Shown here piece after piece: positions 61,448 to 64,000 of a stretch of DNA of 64,000 bases (position 1 is the stretch's first letter; the number at the start of each line of letters is the position of its first letter). Source of the stretch: Acidobacteriota bacterium (GTDB lineage: Bacteria > Acidobacteriota > UBA6911); NCBI GenBank assembly GCA_963664705.1, contig OY761556.1, positions 1,344,001 to 1,408,000 on the forward strand, in the 5' to 3' direction. Made by a program: the position numbers and the translations under genes. The notes beneath the pieces were generated by a model. It was not told where the DNA came from, ran no database searches, and saw nothing but the letters and a program-made list of their open reading frames with translations.

Positions 61448-62549
61448 AGCTCTCTACCATCCGAGTGGCTCCGTAGCAGGCGCGATAGTGATCATAAGCG
61501 CGTTTTTGCATGTTTGTTAGGATGGATGGTTCATTTACCAATCTCTGCAATACTGCCTCGATTTGTTTTGTATCTCTATCTACTAGAAAGCCTGTGACGC
61601 CATTGATAACGGCCTGGGGAATCCCTCCTACAGGAGTGGCAATCACCGCAACACCAGCCGCCATGGCCTCAAGTACTACCATCGGCAGACCCTCAACACG
61701 CGAAGGCAGTGAAAGGACATCTATTTGGGGCATGATATTTATTCCAGCGTTGTGGACATAGCCCCAAAAGCGGGCAAATTCGCTACGCTCTTCACACCAG
61801 CGACGTGCTTCTTCCTGCTCGGGTCCTTGGCCTATTATCCAAAAATGAACAGCCATGCCGCGGGAACGTATTTGCTCAACTGCCGCAGCCGTAATGCGCC
61901 AGCCTTTACCGTCATCGATCATGCCTACGTGGCCAATTACTATGTCGTGGGATTTCGCATGTTGGCGTGAGGGCGGAGGGCCGCCCTCCACACCGTTCGG
62001 TGTCACGCGGAACAATTCTAAGTCCAATCCGAATACGTCTCGAGCAGTATGTGCTTCCGGCGGTGCCACTGAAGACAAAATACAACCTGCTTTGATCAAC
62101 CGCTGCGCAAAGCGTCTGTGAATAAGTCGTCGTATTGGTTGTTTCAATAATGGCGAATTTGCGGCCATTCCATGGAACGTAGCTACCTGAACGAGACCAT
62201 CAATAGCCGGCCGGCGACCAATGAGCGCACCCGAAAGCCACGCATTGTGGAAGTGCACTGCGTGAGTGCTTGCCTCATGATCTGAGATGAGCGTCTTCAC
62301 CCAAATATTGACGGAGTGATTAAACAAAAGATGGTAAAGAAAGGCAGCTGTTCCAAAAACTCTCGGGGAATAAGCAAGTCTAACTCGAAAGGGAAGGTCT
62401 CGCAGATCGGCACGGTAGGGCCAATCCGATGGAACCAATAGCCCTACGGTTACATGGTATCCAGCCTTGCACTGTGCGATCGCGAGCGTCTTAATTGCGG
62501 ACCAGACACCGGTTCTGGGATTCCTTGCTATGTGGAGTACAGCGATCAT
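61422..62549 (-). CDS. GT4 glycosyltransferase
   Basis: PSRVEGLPMVVLEAMAAG, TPVGGIP. Confidence 0.92.
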   Translation of the reverse strand: MIAVLHIARNPRTGVWSAIKTLAIAQCKAGYHVTVGLLVPSDWPYRADLRDLPFRVRLAYSPRVFGTAAFLYHLLFNHSVNIWVKTLISDHEASTHAVHFHNAWLSGALIGRRPAIDGLVQVATFHGMAANSPLLKQPIRRLIHRRFAQRLIKAGCILSSVAPPEAHTARDVFGLDLELFRVTPNGVEGGPPPSRQHAKSHDIVIGHVGMIDDGKGWRITAAAVEQIRSRGMAVHFWIIGQGPEQEEARRWCEERSEFARFWGYVHNAGINIMPQIDVLSLPSRVEGLPMVVLEAMAAGVAVIATPVGGIPQAVINGVTGFLVDRDTKQIEAVLQRLVNEPSILTNMQKRAYDHYRACYGATRMVESYEQLYKRT

Positions 62550-63433
62550 TTTAGATTACGCGACACACCCAATTCAATAAAAGGGCGCTGCAAATCTCGG
62601 ATCTGTTGCCAAGCAGCATCTGATAGCGCCATGGAACAATTCTTAAGTCGAAATGAGTCCAGCACGCCTGAAATCGAGCCTGATAAACACGGCAGCTTTG
62701 GCGACGTGCGTCGCGCTTTAGCTATTCCCCGTATCAGGCCCTGAATCAAACCGCCGGGCCAATGTCGGTTGAGTGCCCAAAGCAGAACTGTGTTACGTCC
62801 GTATTGGAATGCCTCCCATGCGAGATCTCGAGATTGAGATACATGATCATGAAAAATGACGAATGAAGGTTCCTCCAGGATCGAAAAGGAAGCCCCGATT
62901 AGTCTCCAAGCTAAATCCGTATCTTCACAACCGAATCTCAAAGTTTCCCTATATCCGCCAATCTTAGCAAAGCTTTGCGCGCGGATTAGCGATCCACCGC
63001 CGTTAAGAAATGCGACGGGCTTGGCCAAACCGTAAGGGGGACATGAATCCCGGCCGTCATAGCTTCGCACAAGTCTGGCCGTGACGGCTCCATAATGGGG
63101 ATTCTTGGCTAAGAAAAGTGCTGCTGCGGCTACGCTTTCCGCACTTTGGGGGTACGTATCGTCATCAAGAAAAAGTGCGAAAGGCGCCGATACTATGTTC
63201 ATTAGTGCATTACGCCCGAATGCCGGCCCTTCCCACCGCCGGCCAGCAATTACCTTAGATCTGCCAAGGCTATCAATGGTGAGATTCGCTGTTGGCACAT
63301 CGGATGCATCATCATAGATCCAAATTGGGCACGCTAACCCGGCTTGTCTCGTTTTTTCAATTGTTCGACAGAGACTTTGCGGGCGATTGCGCGTACAGAT
63401 GACAACCTCAACCGATTCTAAGAGCGAAGTCAT
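62546..63433 (-). CDS. GT2 glycosyltransferase
   Basis: VVICTRNR, YDDAS, GRN, FLDDD, GGY...EDTDL. Confidence 0.9.
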   Translation of the reverse strand: MTSLLESVEVVICTRNRPQSLCRTIEKTRQAGLACPIWIYDDASDVPTANLTIDSLGRSKVIAGRRWEGPAFGRNALMNIVSAPFALFLDDDTYPQSAESVAAAALFLAKNPHYGAVTARLVRSYDGRDSCPPYGLAKPVAFLNGGGSLIRAQSFAKIGGYRETLRFGCEDTDLAWRLIGASFSILEEPSFVIFHDHVSQSRDLAWEAFQYGRNTVLLWALNRHWPGGLIQGLIRGIAKARRTSPKLPCLSGSISGVLDSFRLKNCSMALSDAAWQQIRDLQRPFIELGVSRNLK

Positions 63434-64000
63434 GCTGAATGGCCAAGTTCCTCTCGTATTGCCATGGCAAGCTTTGATTGGTGGAGCCCCCACTGGTGTG
63501 CTGATCGGTGTATTGCTTCCGGGAGCCCTAAATCTCCTACTAGTGTGTCCCAAGCCTGCTTAAGGTTTGCTTCGCTGGTTGAATCTAGGAGCACGCCATA
63601 GCGAGCCAAACCAACAGACCTTAAAAAGTCAAGGCACTTTGAACGGTAGCACATTAGAATTGGAGGCACGCCGGCGGCGCAGGCAAGTACAGCCGAATGC
63701 AGCCGAACTCCAACAACTGCCGTACTCCCTGACAGCAGTTGAAATATGGCTGGTATTGAGTCGCAGACTTTTACCATGGATGCATCCATCCGTGCCTCCT
63801 GCATAAAAGCCTGGAGCGGCTCCTTGTCCTCCTTGCACAAAGCCATGCCAATTACCTCGCCGCCCGAATTGGCAAAGCTTTGCGCTATCAATGAGAGACC
63901 CTGCAGTGGCAAATCGCGATAGGTTGTGGGGGTTGGCGCAGCCAAGTTTATGATTAAGCGTGGGACCGTTCGTCGTTTTGGGATTTCTAAAAGAGCCAAT
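63430..64000 (-). CDS. Polysaccharide pyruvyl transferase family protein, 5'-partial
   Basis: GVRLHSAVLA..GVP...Y..K. Confidence 0.8.
   Translation of the reverse strand, partial: LALLEIPKRRTVPRLIINLAAPTPTTYRDLPLQGLSLIAQSFANSGGEVIGMALCKEDKEPLQAFMQEARMDASMVKVCDSIPAIFQLLSGSTAVVGVRLHSAVLACAAGVPPILMCYRSKCLDFLRSVGLARYGVLLDSTSEANLKQAWDTLVGDLGLPEAIHRSAHQWGLHQSKLAMAIREELGHSA

Overview
Bacterial chromosome segment, possibly from an Acidobacteriota-like Gram-negative host (inferred from a PEP-CTERM protein and the style of the large secreted repeat proteins), with four zones. (1) 1-7241 is the end of an integrated, AT-richer defence island: type I R-M HsdS, decayed FRG and DUF3800-like genes, an AbiJ/HEPN-like gene and a helicase+DUF2290 pair. 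It is closed by a duplicated 3' half of tRNA-Arg(UCG) (att site) and followed by an integrase remnant. (2) 7.5-18.6 kb holds accessory genes, including two tandem paralogous secreted repeat proteins. (3) 18.7-46.8 kb is a GC-rich zone (hydrolases, EAL protein, potABCD, DUF2207, regulators, hicAB, PEP-CTERM, gmd/fcl, O-antigen ligase, ABC exporter). It is punctuated by about 19 clusters of a 7-8-nt ACGT-core repeat (TTGGACG / CGTCCAA). These show fixed polarity, bracket single genes like nested parentheses and invade coding sequences in frame. A second, large palindromic element is amplified into a 1.75-kb tandem array. (4) 46.9-64 kb is an AT-richer polysaccharide operon. It is joined to a complete-looking RiPP cassette: YxxP/Cys precursor ending in Ser, PqqD/RRE, radical SAM-SPASM, HPrK-like kinase, S24/S26 peptidase, phosphatase, ABC exporter and a divergent nucleotidyltransferase. 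The best candidates for an undescribed system are the polar heptamer-repeat gene-bracketing system and the RiPP cassette embedded in the glycan locus. All calls come from motif recognition by eye; no database searches were run.
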